Positions 9,192-19,001 of a DNA stretch of 64,000 nucleotides are shown here, piece by piece. A program made the translations under genes and the position numbers. Below the pieces are notes generated by a model. That model was not told where the DNA came from and made no database searches. It worked only from the letters and a program-made list of their open reading frames with translations. The DNA comes from Nocardioides sp. (GTDB lineage: Bacteria > Actinomycetota > Actinomycetes > Propionibacteriales > Nocardioidaceae): assembly GCF_016462705.1 (NCBI RefSeq), contig NZ_JAEMSS010000001.1, forward strand, positions 241 through 64,240, written 5' to 3'. How positions within the stretch are numbered: position 1 is the first letter of the stretch; each line of letters starts with the position of its first letter.

Positions 9192-10243
9192 TGGCCTTCC
9201 ACACCCTCACCGTCGCCGAGGTCGAGGAGCTCACCGACGACGCGGTCGCGGTCACCTTCGAGGTGCCCGACGACCTCCGCGACGAGTTCGCGTTCGTCCC
9301 CGGCCAGTCCGTGACCCTGCGGCGCACGGTCGACGGCCGTGAGGAGCGACGCCAGTACTCGATCAGCGCCCCGGTCGGGTCGTCGCCCCGGGTCGGCGTC
9401 CGGGAGATCCCGGACGGGCTGTTCTCCCGGTGGCTGGTCCGGGAGGTCCGCCCGGGCGACACCGTGGAGGTCCAGTCGCCGGGTGGCCGGTTCTGCCCCG
9501 ACCCGGCCCTGCTCGAGGGCGGCCGGCACCTGTGCGTCGCGGCCGGCTCGGGCATCACGCCGATGCTGTCGGTGGCGGCGACCGTGCTGGGGAACGACGG
9601 CGAGGTCACGCTGCTCTACGGCAACCGGACCACCGGGTCGGTGATGTTCGCCGAGGAGCTGGCCGACCTGAAGAACCGCTACGGGCCCGCGCTCCAGCTC
9701 GTGCACGTCCTGTCCCGTGAGCCCCGCGACGTCGAGCTGTTCTCGGGCCGCCTCGACGCCGACCGGCTGCACCGGCTGCTCACCGTGCTGGCCCCCGCGG
9801 CGACGTTCGACCACGTCTGGATCTGCGGGCCGCACGCGATGCTCGAGGATGCCCGCACCGTGCTCGCCGACCTCGGTGTCCCGGCCGACCGGGTGCACTT
9901 CGAGCTGTTCTACGTCCACGCACCCCCGCCCGAGCTGCACCGGGCCGAGGCCCGGGTGACGGGCGAGACCACGGAGGTGACCGTCGTCCTCGACGGGCTG
10001 ACGACCACGGCACCGCTCCCCCGGGACCTGCCGATCCTCGACGGGGCACAGGCGTCGCGTTCGGACCTCCCGTTCGCCTGCAAGGGCGGGGTCTGCGGCA
10101 CCTGCCGGGCCAAGGTCACCGAGGGCATGGTCGACATGCGTCGCAACTACGCGCTCGAGCCGGCCGAGGTCGAGGCCGGCTTCGTGCTGACCTGCCAGTC
10201 CTACCCCCTCGCCGACCCGGTCACCGTGGACTTCGACGCATGA
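9191..10243 (+). CDS. paaE: Epoxidase reductase subunit E (FAD/NAD + 2Fe-2S)
   Basis: RQYSI, AAGSGITP, CGP, ACKGGVCGTCRA...LTCQS. Confidence 0.93.
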   Translation: MAFHTLTVAEVEELTDDAVAVTFEVPDDLRDEFAFVPGQSVTLRRTVDGREERRQYSISAPVGSSPRVGVREIPDGLFSRWLVREVRPGDTVEVQSPGGRFCPDPALLEGGRHLCVAAGSGITPMLSVAATVLGNDGEVTLLYGNRTTGSVMFAEELADLKNRYGPALQLVHVLSREPRDVELFSGRLDADRLHRLLTVLAPAATFDHVWICGPHAMLEDARTVLADLGVPADRVHFELFYVHAPPPELHRAEARVTGETTEVTVVLDGLTTTAPLPRDLPILDGAQASRSDLPFACKGGVCGTCRAKVTEGMVDMRRNYALEPAEVEAGFVLTCQSYPLADPVTVDFDA

Positions 10244-10253
10244 GCGGGGCACC

Positions 10254-10661
10254 GTGAGCCGGGCACTGAGGGTCGAGGACATGTGGGCGGCTGACGCGGC
10301 CAGCCGCGCGCTCGGCATGACGCTCGTCGAGGTCGCGGAGGGCCGCGCGGTCGTCCGGATGACCGTGCGCGACGACATGCTCAACGGGCACGGCACGGCG
10401 CACGGCGGTCTCGTCGCCACGCTGGCCGACAGCGCGTTCGCGGTGGCCTGCAACTCGCACGGCGTCGCCGCCGTGGCCTCCGGCTTCGAGGTCACCTTCC
10501 TGCGCCCGGCTCACGTCGGTGACGTCCTGGTCGCCACGGCGCAGGAGCGGTCGCTCACCGCGCGGACCGGGATCTGCGACGTGACCGTCCGCCGCCCCGA
10601 CGGCGAGGTGGTCGCCGAGTTCCGCGGCCGCAGCCGGCAGCTGCCGCCCCGCACGCCCTAG
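10254..10661 (+). CDS. paaI: Hydroxyphenylacetyl-CoA thioesterase (hotdog fold)
   Basis: DMLNGHGTAHGG, LADSAFAVACNS, EFRGRS. Confidence 0.88.
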   Translation: MSRALRVEDMWAADAASRALGMTLVEVAEGRAVVRMTVRDDMLNGHGTAHGGLVATLADSAFAVACNSHGVAAVASGFEVTFLRPAHVGDVLVATAQERSLTARTGICDVTVRRPDGEVVAEFRGRSRQLPPRTP

Positions 10662-10684
10662 GAGCCATCGGGTACCAAGGACGC

Positions 10685-11542
10685 ATGCAGACACGACGCC
10701 TCGGCGACCGGACCGTCAGCGCGATCGGGCTCGGCGGCATGCCGATGTCGGTGCGCCCCGTCAACGACGAGGAGCAGGGCATCGCGACCATCCGCACCGC
10801 CGTGGAGAACGGCGTCACGCTGATCGACACCGCCGACGCCTACTGTCGTGACGAGAGCGAGTTCGGTCACAACGAGGTGCTGATCGCGAAGGCCCTCGCC
10901 CAGGCCGGCGCGGGACCCGACGACGTGCTGGTCGCGACCAAGGGCGGCCACACCCGCACGGGGACCGCGTGGACGCTCGACGGCCGGCCCGAGTACCTGC
11001 GGGAGGCCTGCGTCGCCTCCGCCCGGCGGCTCGGCGTCGAGCAGATCGGCCTCTACCAGTTCCACCGGCCCGACCCCGCCGTTCCCTATGCCGACAGCAT
11101 CGGTGGCCTCAAGGCGCTGCTGGACGAGGGCCTGATCGCCACCGCGGGCATCTCCAACGCCGACCCCGAGCAGATCCGCCTGGCCCACGAGATCCTCGGC
11201 GCCGGCCTGGTGTCGGTCCAGAACCAGTACTCACCGTCGTTCCGCTCCTCCGAGCCCGAGATCGACGTGTGTGACGAGCTGGGGCTGGCGTTCCTGCCGT
11301 GGAGCCCACTCGGCGGGATGGGCGGCGCGGCCGGCCTCGGCGACGACTTCGCGGTGTTCGGCAAGGTCGCCGCCAAGCACGGCGTGAGCCCGCAGCAGGT
11401 CGCCCTCGCCTGGGAGCTGGCCCGCTCCGGCAACGTGGTCCCGATCCCCGGCGCGAGCCGCCCGGAGTCGGTCACCGACTCGGTCGCGGCCGTCCATCTG
11501 CAGCTCGACGACGAGGACCTGGCTCAGCTCGCCTCCGCCTGA
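10685..11542 (+). CDS. Aldo/keto reductase
   Basis: SAIGLGGM, IDTADAY, VATKGG, LYQFHRPD, PIPGASR. Confidence 0.92.
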   Translation: MQTRRLGDRTVSAIGLGGMPMSVRPVNDEEQGIATIRTAVENGVTLIDTADAYCRDESEFGHNEVLIAKALAQAGAGPDDVLVATKGGHTRTGTAWTLDGRPEYLREACVASARRLGVEQIGLYQFHRPDPAVPYADSIGGLKALLDEGLIATAGISNADPEQIRLAHEILGAGLVSVQNQYSPSFRSSEPEIDVCDELGLAFLPWSPLGGMGGAAGLGDDFAVFGKVAAKHGVSPQQVALAWELARSGNVVPIPGASRPESVTDSVAAVHLQLDDEDLAQLASA

Positions 11543-11548
11543 CGCAGG

Positions 11549-13231
11549 TCAGGACGACGTCGCGAGGTCCCTGCTCGCCACGCCGTTGCTGGCCGGGTGG
11601 ATCGTGACCTGGTCGTCCTCGGGCTCGGGGTGACCCGTCGCGACCTCGACCCGGTTGCGCCCCAGCCGCTTCGCGACGTAGAGGGCGGCATCCGCGAGGC
11701 GCTCCAGGCGCTCGGGGCTGAGGGCGTGCTCGGGGTAGGCGGCCACCCCGAGGCTGGCGGTGATCTCGACGTCGACACCGGGGACGACGACGTCCGCGAT
11801 CGCCTTGCGGAGCTTCTCGGCGACGGCGGCGCCGCCGGCCGCGTCGGTGTCCGGCAGGATCACTGCGAACTCCTCGCCGCCGTTGCGGCCCGCGAAGTCC
11901 CCCTCCCGCATCGTCGCCCGCATGACCGTCCCCACGCTGGCGAGCACCTGGTCGCCGGCCGGATGGCCGAACCGGTCGTTGAGCGACTTGAAGTGGTCGA
12001 GGTCGAGCATCACGACCGCCATCGGGTTGGCCGACCGGGAGGACTGGGCGAACATCCGCTTGAGGTTGTCGGCCACGGATCGCTTGTTGGGCAGCCCGGT
12101 CAAGGCGTCCGTGGAGGCCCTGAGCTGGGCGATCGCGAGGTTGCGCAGGTTGGCCAGCACCGGCGCCGCCTGCGCGACCGAGTCGCGGACCATCCGGCGC
12201 TGTCGTGGATCGGCGCGGTGCGGGGTGCTGACCAGCACCGACCCGATCACCTCGCCGCCCACCGTCAGCGGGCGGCACGTGGAGAAGGCCGCACAGGGAG
12301 AGCAGACGTCGCAGGTGATCAGACCCGGCTCGCGGGCGTCCTCGTCATGGGCACGCGCGGAGCGGATCGCGAGGCAGGACCGGGGCTCGGCTGCCTCCAG
12401 TCGCTCGGCCAGCGCCGGGTCGTCCGAGAGGTCGGTCATCGCCTCGAGCCGGTTCGCGCTGTTGTTGCGGTTGAGGATCGCGACGGCCCCGTCGGGGACG
12501 ACGCGGAGCAGACGGCGTTGGAGCAGCCCGTGCGCACCCTCCTCGGTCTCGGTCAGCTGCAGCGTGTCCGCGAACTCGGCCTGGTCCTTCATCGGCTCGA
12601 TCTCGCGCCGCATCCGCTGGTTGCCGACGAAGCCCAGCCCCGCCAGGAGGGCCAACGTCAGACCCGCGGTCCCGATGAGCTGCCACTTGACGCCGTCCAC
12701 GGCGTCGGACGTCGCCTGGTTGCGCAACCCCGCGTCGGCCGCCTCACTCCTCACCATGGCCTCGGCGTCCCGGTTGAACGTCTCGTACTGCTGGCGCAGC
12801 TCCTCGATGAGCTCGGTGTTCTCGGGACTGGTCAGGCCGGGGTCGGTGAGCAAGGCACGCATCGCCGTCCAGCCGTTGACCAGCCGGGCCACCCGCTCGC
12901 GTTCGCCGCCGTCCTCGGTCTCGATCCGGCGCAGGTCGACGAGCAGCGCCTCGACCCGCGGGATCTGCTCCTGGTAGAGCTCGGCAGACATCGACGAGTT
13001 GAACTCGACCAGGGCCAGGGTGCGACCCGTGACGAACGCCCGGTCGACGGCCAGTGCGAACTGGGCGGCCAGCGTGGCGTGGGCCACCTCGTCGGTGTTG
13101 ATCGCATCGGACTCCGCAGCGGTGTTGTTGAGCCCGGCGACCGCGATGCCCGTCATCGTCGCCAGGCCCAACGAGGCCGCGAGGACGATGCCGGCGACGA
13201 CCGTAGAGCTACGGGAGAAGAGCGTGAGCAT
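11549..13231 (-). CDS. Membrane-anchored diguanylate cyclase (TM-helical sensor-TM, GAF-like, GGDEF)
   Basis: TDALTGLPN, DLDHFKSLND.FGH.AGD, I-site REGD, GGEEF, ADAALYVAK..GRN. Confidence 0.92.
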   Translation of the reverse strand: MLTLFSRSSTVVAGIVLAASLGLATMTGIAVAGLNNTAAESDAINTDEVAHATLAAQFALAVDRAFVTGRTLALVEFNSSMSAELYQEQIPRVEALLVDLRRIETEDGGERERVARLVNGWTAMRALLTDPGLTSPENTELIEELRQQYETFNRDAEAMVRSEAADAGLRNQATSDAVDGVKWQLIGTAGLTLALLAGLGFVGNQRMRREIEPMKDQAEFADTLQLTETEEGAHGLLQRRLLRVVPDGAVAILNRNNSANRLEAMTDLSDDPALAERLEAAEPRSCLAIRSARAHDEDAREPGLITCDVCSPCAAFSTCRPLTVGGEVIGSVLVSTPHRADPRQRRMVRDSVAQAAPVLANLRNLAIAQLRASTDALTGLPNKRSVADNLKRMFAQSSRSANPMAVVMLDLDHFKSLNDRFGHPAGDQVLASVGTVMRATMREGDFAGRNGGEEFAVILPDTDAAGGAAVAEKLRKAIADVVVPGVDVEITASLGVAAYPEHALSPERLERLADAALYVAKRLGRNRVEVATGHPEPEDDQVTIHPASNGVASRDLATSS

Positions 13232-13347
13232 CGCACCTCACCTGGACCGAGACGCCTCGCACGGAGGCCACTACCCCCACCGTACGGAGCCGTCGTGGCC
13301 CCCGCTGCGGTTTGGCGCAACTCATCCCGCGCGGGGCCGGCCCGCGG

Positions 13348-13947
13348 TCAGCGGTGCAGACCGTCGAAGGCCAGGGTCGCGATCGCGTCGGCGAGCTCGG
13401 TCCCGCCGACCCCGCGGCCGGGCCGGTACCACTCCACCAGGGAGTTGACCATCCCGAACAGCAGCCGGCTCACGAGGTCCGGGCGCAGGTCCGAGCGCAG
13501 CGTGCCCTCCTCGACGGCCGCCTGAACCAGCGCGGCGAGCCGCGCGTCGACGTGCCGCCGCCGGCTCAGGGCCCGGACCTCGACCTCGCTGTTGCCCCGC
13601 ACCCGCAGCAGCAGGGTCACCGCGGGCTGGTGGGCCACCAGGACCTCGACGCTCTGCCGGACGACCGACCGCAGCCGTTCGTACGCCGACGCCGTCGACA
13701 TCGCCTCGGCGAGAGTGATCGCGGCCTCGAGCCCCTCGAGCGCCTCGTCGAGGGCCTGGGAGAGCAGGTGCGCCTTGCTGGGCACGTGGTGGTAGATCGC
13801 CGACTTGGTCACCCCGAGCTCGGCCGCCAGGTCACCCATGCTGGTGCCGTCGTAGCCCTGGCGGTTGAACAGGTCGATGGCGATGCGCAGCACGGCCGCC
13901 TGGTCGTGGCCGGGCCGGCCACGGCGGGGGACGTCGGCCTCCGTCAT
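13348..13947 (-). CDS. TetR-family regulator, probable PaaR of the paa cluster
   Basis: RRGRPGHDQ..LFNRQGYDGTSM.DLA.ELGVTKSAIYHH; LFGMVNSLVEWY; resembles the TetR typical of actinobacterial paa clusters. Confidence 0.85.
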   Translation of the reverse strand: MTEADVPRRGRPGHDQAAVLRIAIDLFNRQGYDGTSMGDLAAELGVTKSAIYHHVPSKAHLLSQALDEALEGLEAAITLAEAMSTASAYERLRSVVRQSVEVLVAHQPAVTLLLRVRGNSEVEVRALSRRRHVDARLAALVQAAVEEGTLRSDLRPDLVSRLLFGMVNSLVEWYRPGRGVGGTELADAIATLAFDGLHR

Positions 13948-14780
13948 GCCGCCCAGTCCACCACGCTGACGACGTGGTCACCGCTGAGTCCTTTGAGCTG
14001 AACCTGACGCCGCTCGGTCAGCACGACGTCGTCGCAGTCCTCGACGGCCTCCGCCACGCTCTCGCTGACCAGGATCTCGCCGCCCGAGGCGAGCGCCGCG
14101 ACCCGGGCGGCCTGGGCGACGTTGCGGCCGAAGATGTCGTTGTCGCGGTGGACGACGTCGCCGTGGTGGATGCCGATCCGGACCAGCACGACGGCCTTGC
14201 CCCTGCGGCTGCCCTTGTCGAAGGCGCGCTGGACCGCGACCGCGCACCGCACTGCGTCCTCAGGGGTCGGGAAGGCGACCATGAAGCCGTCACCCTGGGT
14301 CTTCACCACCCGACCGTGGTGCCGGTCGACCGCCGAGCGCACGACCGAGTCGTGTCGCGCCAGCAGCCTGACCCACTCCCGGTCACCGAGCCGCTCGTTG
14401 AGCTCGGTCGAGCCCTCGATGTCGGAGAACAGGATGGAGATGCCGCCGTCGGGTCCGGCCATCGCCACCAGCGCCGGCCGCTCGACCTGCGCCCAGCCGG
14501 CCAGGTCCTCGATCGAGCTGCGGATGGCGCCACCGAACCCCTTCTCCCGGACCAGGTTGGCGGTCTCCCACACCCCTTTGACGAGCTCGTCGGGCTTCGG
14601 GACCAGCCGCTTGGGCGGACGCCGCTTGCCCGTCGTGTCGAGCGCGGCGGCGAGCTTGGCCCGTAGCAGCCGCTGCGTGCGCCGTCCCTTGAGCCACAGG
14701 CCGGTGAGCACCAGCAGCAGGGCACCCTCGACCGACACCGCGACGATGAAGACCGCGAGCGCCGTGTTCCCCACGAGCAC
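13944..14780 (-). CDS. Class III adenylate cyclase with one N-terminal TM helix
   Basis: ILFSDIEGST, VKTQGDGFM, RIGIHHG, DIFGRNVAQAARV; GTG start inferred. Confidence 0.88.
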   Translation of the reverse strand: MLVGNTALAVFIVAVSVEGALLLVLTGLWLKGRRTQRLLRAKLAAALDTTGKRRPPKRLVPKPDELVKGVWETANLVREKGFGGAIRSSIEDLAGWAQVERPALVAMAGPDGGISILFSDIEGSTELNERLGDREWVRLLARHDSVVRSAVDRHHGRVVKTQGDGFMVAFPTPEDAVRCAVAVQRAFDKGSRRGKAVVLVRIGIHHGDVVHRDNDIFGRNVAQAARVAALASGGEILVSESVAEAVEDCDDVVLTERRQVQLKGLSGDHVVSVVDWAA

Positions 14781-14908
14781 ATGTTCCCAGCGGCGGGCTC
14801 GCGCCGGGTACTGGCCCGGGGTCGGTGGGACCGAGTACCCCAGGGTGTGCCCTGGTGCCCGCCGGACGTATCGACCCGCACGTACGGTGACCTCGGAGGG
14901 AGGCGCTC

Positions 14909-16372
14909 GTGGATGCACCGGACGGAGGCGAGCTCTGGCGCCTGGCGCTCGAGCACTCGCCGGTCGGCATGACCCTGGTCGGGCTCGACGGCCGGCTGCT
15001 CGTCGTCAACCGCGCGCTGTGCGACATGCTCGGCTACGACCCCGAGACCCTCACCACCAAAGGGTTCCAGGAGCTCACCCACCCCGACGACCTCGACAAC
15101 GACCTCGAGCTCTTCGGTCAAGCCGTGGCGGGAGACATCGACTCCTACCGGCTCACCAAGCGCTACCTGCACGCGGACGGCCGGATCGTCTGGGGTGACC
15201 TCTCGGTCGCCCTGGTCAGGCAGGCGGACGGCTCGCCGCTCCACTTCATCTCGCAGATCCTCGACATCACCGAGCTCGAGGCCGAGCGGCGCACCCTCGA
15301 GGCGATCTTCGAGACCGTCAACGTCGGGTTGTTGCTGATCGACAAGGAGGGGCGGTACCGGCGGATGAACCGGCGGCACCAGGACTACATGCGGGTGACC
15401 TTCCCTGACGGGCACGACGGCGCCGCAGGCCAGCTCGGCCACGTGTACTTCCCCGACGGCAGCACCCCGATGGGGCGCGAGGACATGCCCTCCTTCCGGG
15501 CGGTCCAGGGTGAGGAGTTCGACGGTCTCTGGTACTGGGTGGGTCGTGACCCGGCCACCCGCTCCGCGCTCTCCACCTCGGCCCGCACCGTCCGGGACCC
15601 CTCGGGGGAGATGACCGGGGCCGTGCTCGCCTACCAGGACATCACCGACCTGATGCGCGCCCTCCAGGTCAAGGACGAGTTCGTCGCCTCGGTCTCCCAC
15701 GAGCTGCGCACCCCACTCACCTCGGTGCTCGGCTACCTGGAGCTCCTCCGGAGCCGCGACGACCTCCCCGAGGCGGTCCAGACCCAGCTGGACGTCATCC
15801 ACCGCAACGCCGGGAGCCTCCAGCTGCTGGTCTCGGACCTCCTCGACGTCGCCCAGGCCCGGGAGGGCGGACTCGAGCTGCACCGCGGGGCGGTCGACCT
15901 GGCCGAGCTCGTCCGGGAGACCCTGGACGCCGCGGCCCCGCAAGCGGACAACGCCGGGCTCGACCTGTCCGCCGAGCTCCCTGCGTCGCTGGTCACCCAT
16001 GTCGACGGCCCCCGGGTCCGGCAGGTCATCGAGAACCTCGTGTCCAACGCGCTCAAGTACACCGAACCCGGCGGTTCGGTGACGGTCGGCCTGCACCGCG
16101 ACGGGCACGGTGCGGGTGACGGCGACGCTGTCCTCACCGTCTGCGACACCGGGATCGGCATGACACCGCAGGAGCTCGAGCACGTCTGCACCCGCTTCTT
16201 CCGGGGCGAGGGGGCACTGCGCCGCGAGATCCCCGGGACCGGTCTGGGACTCAACATCGTGTCGTCGATCGTGAACGCCCACGGGGGCCGCCTCTCGGTC
16301 GAGAGCGACCCGGCCCGCGGGAGCCGCTTCACCGTACGACTGCCGGACGACGGTCCGGCACCGGCGTCGTAG
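14909..16372 (+). CDS. PAS-PAS sensor histidine kinase (no adjacent response regulator)
   Basis: THPDD PAS motif, SHELRTPLT, NLVSNALKYT, DTGIG, GTGLGL. Confidence 0.93.
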   Translation: MDAPDGGELWRLALEHSPVGMTLVGLDGRLLVVNRALCDMLGYDPETLTTKGFQELTHPDDLDNDLELFGQAVAGDIDSYRLTKRYLHADGRIVWGDLSVALVRQADGSPLHFISQILDITELEAERRTLEAIFETVNVGLLLIDKEGRYRRMNRRHQDYMRVTFPDGHDGAAGQLGHVYFPDGSTPMGREDMPSFRAVQGEEFDGLWYWVGRDPATRSALSTSARTVRDPSGEMTGAVLAYQDITDLMRALQVKDEFVASVSHELRTPLTSVLGYLELLRSRDDLPEAVQTQLDVIHRNAGSLQLLVSDLLDVAQAREGGLELHRGAVDLAELVRETLDAAAPQADNAGLDLSAELPASLVTHVDGPRVRQVIENLVSNALKYTEPGGSVTVGLHRDGHGAGDGDAVLTVCDTGIGMTPQELEHVCTRFFRGEGALRREIPGTGLGLNIVSSIVNAHGGRLSVESDPARGSRFTVRLPDDGPAPAS

Positions 16373-16414
16373 GACGACCTGGGCGCGGGTCCTGCCGTGC
16401 GGTTGGATGAGCGG

Positions 16415-16915
16415 GTGAGCGACGGACGGTTCAGCGCAGACGAGATCACCGCGGCGTACGCCGCCATGCACGAGCGGGTGCAGGAACACGCGACGTCGGG
16501 CAACTGGGACGACTTCGCCCTCAACTTCACGCAGGACGCGGAGTACGTCGAGCACGCCTTCGGCACCTTCCGCGGCCGCGACGAGATCCGCGAGTGGTCG
16601 GTGCGGACGATGACGTCCTTCCCGGGCGGGATCATGACCGGCTTCCCGCTCGCGTGGTCCGTCGTGGACGTCCCGACCTCGCGGCTGATCTGCGAGGTGC
16701 GCAACCTGATGCCCGACCCGGGCGACGGCTCGCACCACGAGGAGTCCAACCTGACGATCATGACCTACGCGGGCGACGGGCTCTTCAGCCGCGAGGAGGA
16801 CATCTACAACCCGCTGCGGTTCATGAAGATGTCGATGCGGTGGGCCCGGATCGCAAAGGCGCACGGCAACCTGTCCGAGGAGGGCAAGGCGTACGTCGCT
16901 CAGTTCGGCGGCTGA
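16415..16915 (+). CDS. NTF2/SnoaL-like protein
   Basis: FTQDAEYVEHAFGTFRGRDEI, FSREEDIYN. Confidence 0.8.
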   Translation: MSDGRFSADEITAAYAAMHERVQEHATSGNWDDFALNFTQDAEYVEHAFGTFRGRDEIREWSVRTMTSFPGGIMTGFPLAWSVVDVPTSRLICEVRNLMPDPGDGSHHEESNLTIMTYAGDGLFSREEDIYNPLRFMKMSMRWARIAKAHGNLSEEGKAYVAQFGG

Positions 16916-16943
16916 CGTTGTCGTCGTCTGTCAGGCTCGCCCC

Positions 16944-17423
16944 ATGAGAGGTGCGGCCAAGCGGGTCCTGCTCGAGGTGGTGGGCTGGGTGCTCGTGCTC
17001 GCCGGGATCGCCGCGCTCGTCCTGCCCGGACCGGGCCTGCTCCTCCTGGCCGCGGGCCTGTTCGTGCTGAGCCAGCAGTACGAGTGGGCCGAGCGGCGCG
17101 TCGACCCGATCCTCGACCGGGCGCTGATCAGTGCCGCGATGGGCGTCGAGTCGATCTGGAAGGTCGCCCTGTCCGTGCTGTTCGCGCTGGGTCTCGGCGC
17201 CTGCGGCGTGCTGTGGATCGCCTCGCCCCCCGCCCCGGGCTGGTGGCCGTTGAGCGACGGCTGGTGGCTGCCCGGCGGGCTGCCGACCGGGATCACCCAG
17301 GTCGCCTCGGCGGTCATCGCGCTGGGCCTGATCGTGTGGAGCTACCGGCGCTACCACGGCCACCCGGAGCGGGTGACCGAGCTCAAGCAGCGGGCCGCCG
17401 TCCGGGCCGAGGCGGACGCCTGA
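16944..17423 (+). CDS. PGPGW-domain membrane protein
   Basis: LVLPGPGLL, SQQYEWA, several TM segments. Confidence 0.8.
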   Translation: MRGAAKRVLLEVVGWVLVLAGIAALVLPGPGLLLLAAGLFVLSQQYEWAERRVDPILDRALISAAMGVESIWKVALSVLFALGLGACGVLWIASPPAPGWWPLSDGWWLPGGLPTGITQVASAVIALGLIVWSYRRYHGHPERVTELKQRAAVRAEADA

Positions 17424-17426
17424 GGT

Positions 17427-18017
17427 TCAGCGAGCCCGGGCGCTCTCGACCAGCTCGCTGAGCTCGGCGACGACCTCGTCGAGCGGGTCGGACGTCCGCG
17501 ACGCCCGGGCCAGCGCGACCGCTCCCTCGGTGGCCGCGACCACGGTGCGGGCCAGCCGCCCGGCCCGCTTGGCCGGTACGCCGGAGTCGCGCAGCGCCCT
17601 GGTGAGCGCCCGGTGCCAGTCGGCGAACACCTCGCGGGCGACCTCCTGGTGCCGCGGGTCGGTGGCCACCGCCGCCGCGGCGACCGGGCAGCCGGCGGCG
17701 TACTCACTCGCCTCGAGCACCCGCCGCCACCGGTCGGCGAAGACCTGGAGCACGGTGTCGGTGCCCTGCGTGCGGGCGTCCTCGATGAGCTGGGTGACCT
17801 GGGCCCCGACCAGCCGGACCGCCTCGTCGACGAGCTGCGCCTTGCCGCCGGGGAAGTGGTGGTAGGTCGAGCCGAGCGGGACCCCCGCCTGGATCGCCAG
17901 CTCGCGCAGGCTCATCGCGTCCACGCCACCCGCGGCGATCACCTTGGCGGCGCCCACGACCATCCGGCGCCGGGTGTCGGTACGCCGCCCGGTGGGTGCG
18001 TTGGTGTCGGTGGTCAC
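17427..18017 (-). CDS. TetR-family regulator
   Basis: AGVPLGSTYHHFPGGK, GCPVAA. Confidence 0.9.
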   Translation of the reverse strand: MTTDTNAPTGRRTDTRRRMVVGAAKVIAAGGVDAMSLRELAIQAGVPLGSTYHHFPGGKAQLVDEAVRLVGAQVTQLIEDARTQGTDTVLQVFADRWRRVLEASEYAAGCPVAAAAVATDPRHQEVAREVFADWHRALTRALRDSGVPAKRAGRLARTVVAATEGAVALARASRTSDPLDEVVAELSELVESARAR

Positions 18018-18039
18018 GGCAGAAGTCTATTGCCACCAC

Positions 18040-18091
18040 TATGACAGTCGTCATAACCTGCTCGTCATGACGATCTATGACACTCGTAATA
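18040..18091. promoter_or_regulatory. Two TetR-type operators
   Basis: TATGACAGTCGTCATA (18040-18055) and TATGACACTCGTAATA (18076-18091) between the divergent tetR and hydrolase genes. Confidence 0.7.
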
Positions 18092-18945
18092 ATCTGGTCG
18101 AGCCGCGGTCCTCGACAGTCGTGGCCGACGACGGGCGCGAGCTGCGGGCCACCCGCTTCGAGCCGGTGGTGGGCGGCGAGGACGCCCGCGGAGCCGTCGT
18201 CCTCGTCCCCGCGATGGCCACCCCGGCCCGGTTCTACGCGGCGTTCGCCACCTGGCTCGCGGAGTCCGGGTTCCACGTGCTCACGTTCGACTACCGAGGC
18301 ACGGGCAGCGTCGCGGAGATGAAGGCCGAGCGCGGTGACGTGCTCCGGTGGGCGGGCGACGCGGCCAGTGCGCTGGAGTCGCTGCTGGACGAGGACCTCG
18401 GTCTCCCGGTCACCTGGATCGGCCACAGCCTCGGCGGGCAGCTGCTGCCGTTCGCCCGGCACGACCTGCTCGACCGGGCCCTGCTGGTCGCGGCCGGCTC
18501 CGGCTACTGGCGCTACAACCAGCCGTCCATCCGCTGGCGGGCCCCGCTGCTCTTCCGGGTGGTCGGGCCGCTGGTGATGCGCGCGGCGGGCTACTTCCCG
18601 GGCCGTCGCCTCGGTCTCCTGGGCGACGCGCCGTCGGCGGCGATGCGGCAGTGGTCCCGCTGGTGCCTGAGTCCTGACTACTACGGCGTCGACGTCCCTG
18701 ACCTCGGCGCCCGGCTCGCCGAGCTCGACCTGCCGATCGCCGCCCTGTCCTTCACCGACGACGAGCTGCTCAGCGCGCGGAGCCACCAGGCCCTCGAGGA
18801 GATGTACGCCGCCGCGCCGGTCGAGCCGCACCGGCTCGCACCCTCGGACCTCGGCGTGGACCGGATCGGGCACCACGGCTTCTTCCGGGCCAACATGCGG
18901 CCGGCGTGGGACCAGACCGTGCTGCCGCTCCTCGCGACCCGCTAG
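18067..18945 (+). CDS. Alpha/beta hydrolase
   Basis: FDYRGTG, GHSLGG nucleophile elbow, TDDE, IGHHGFF; start uncertain. Confidence 0.88.
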   Translation: MTIYDTRNNLVEPRSSTVVADDGRELRATRFEPVVGGEDARGAVVLVPAMATPARFYAAFATWLAESGFHVLTFDYRGTGSVAEMKAERGDVLRWAGDAASALESLLDEDLGLPVTWIGHSLGGQLLPFARHDLLDRALLVAAGSGYWRYNQPSIRWRAPLLFRVVGPLVMRAAGYFPGRRLGLLGDAPSAAMRQWSRWCLSPDYYGVDVPDLGARLAELDLPIAALSFTDDELLSARSHQALEEMYAAAPVEPHRLAPSDLGVDRIGHHGFFRANMRPAWDQTVLPLLATR

Positions 18946-19001
18946 GTCGCGAGGTTCGGTCGGAGGGTTCGGTCGGTCCCCGGTCATAGGGTCGGGGACC
19001 G

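Noticed and set aside
10670-10675. GGGTAC as a stress-sigma -10 element for the aldo/keto reductase
   Set aside because: No matching -35 element at the right spacing.
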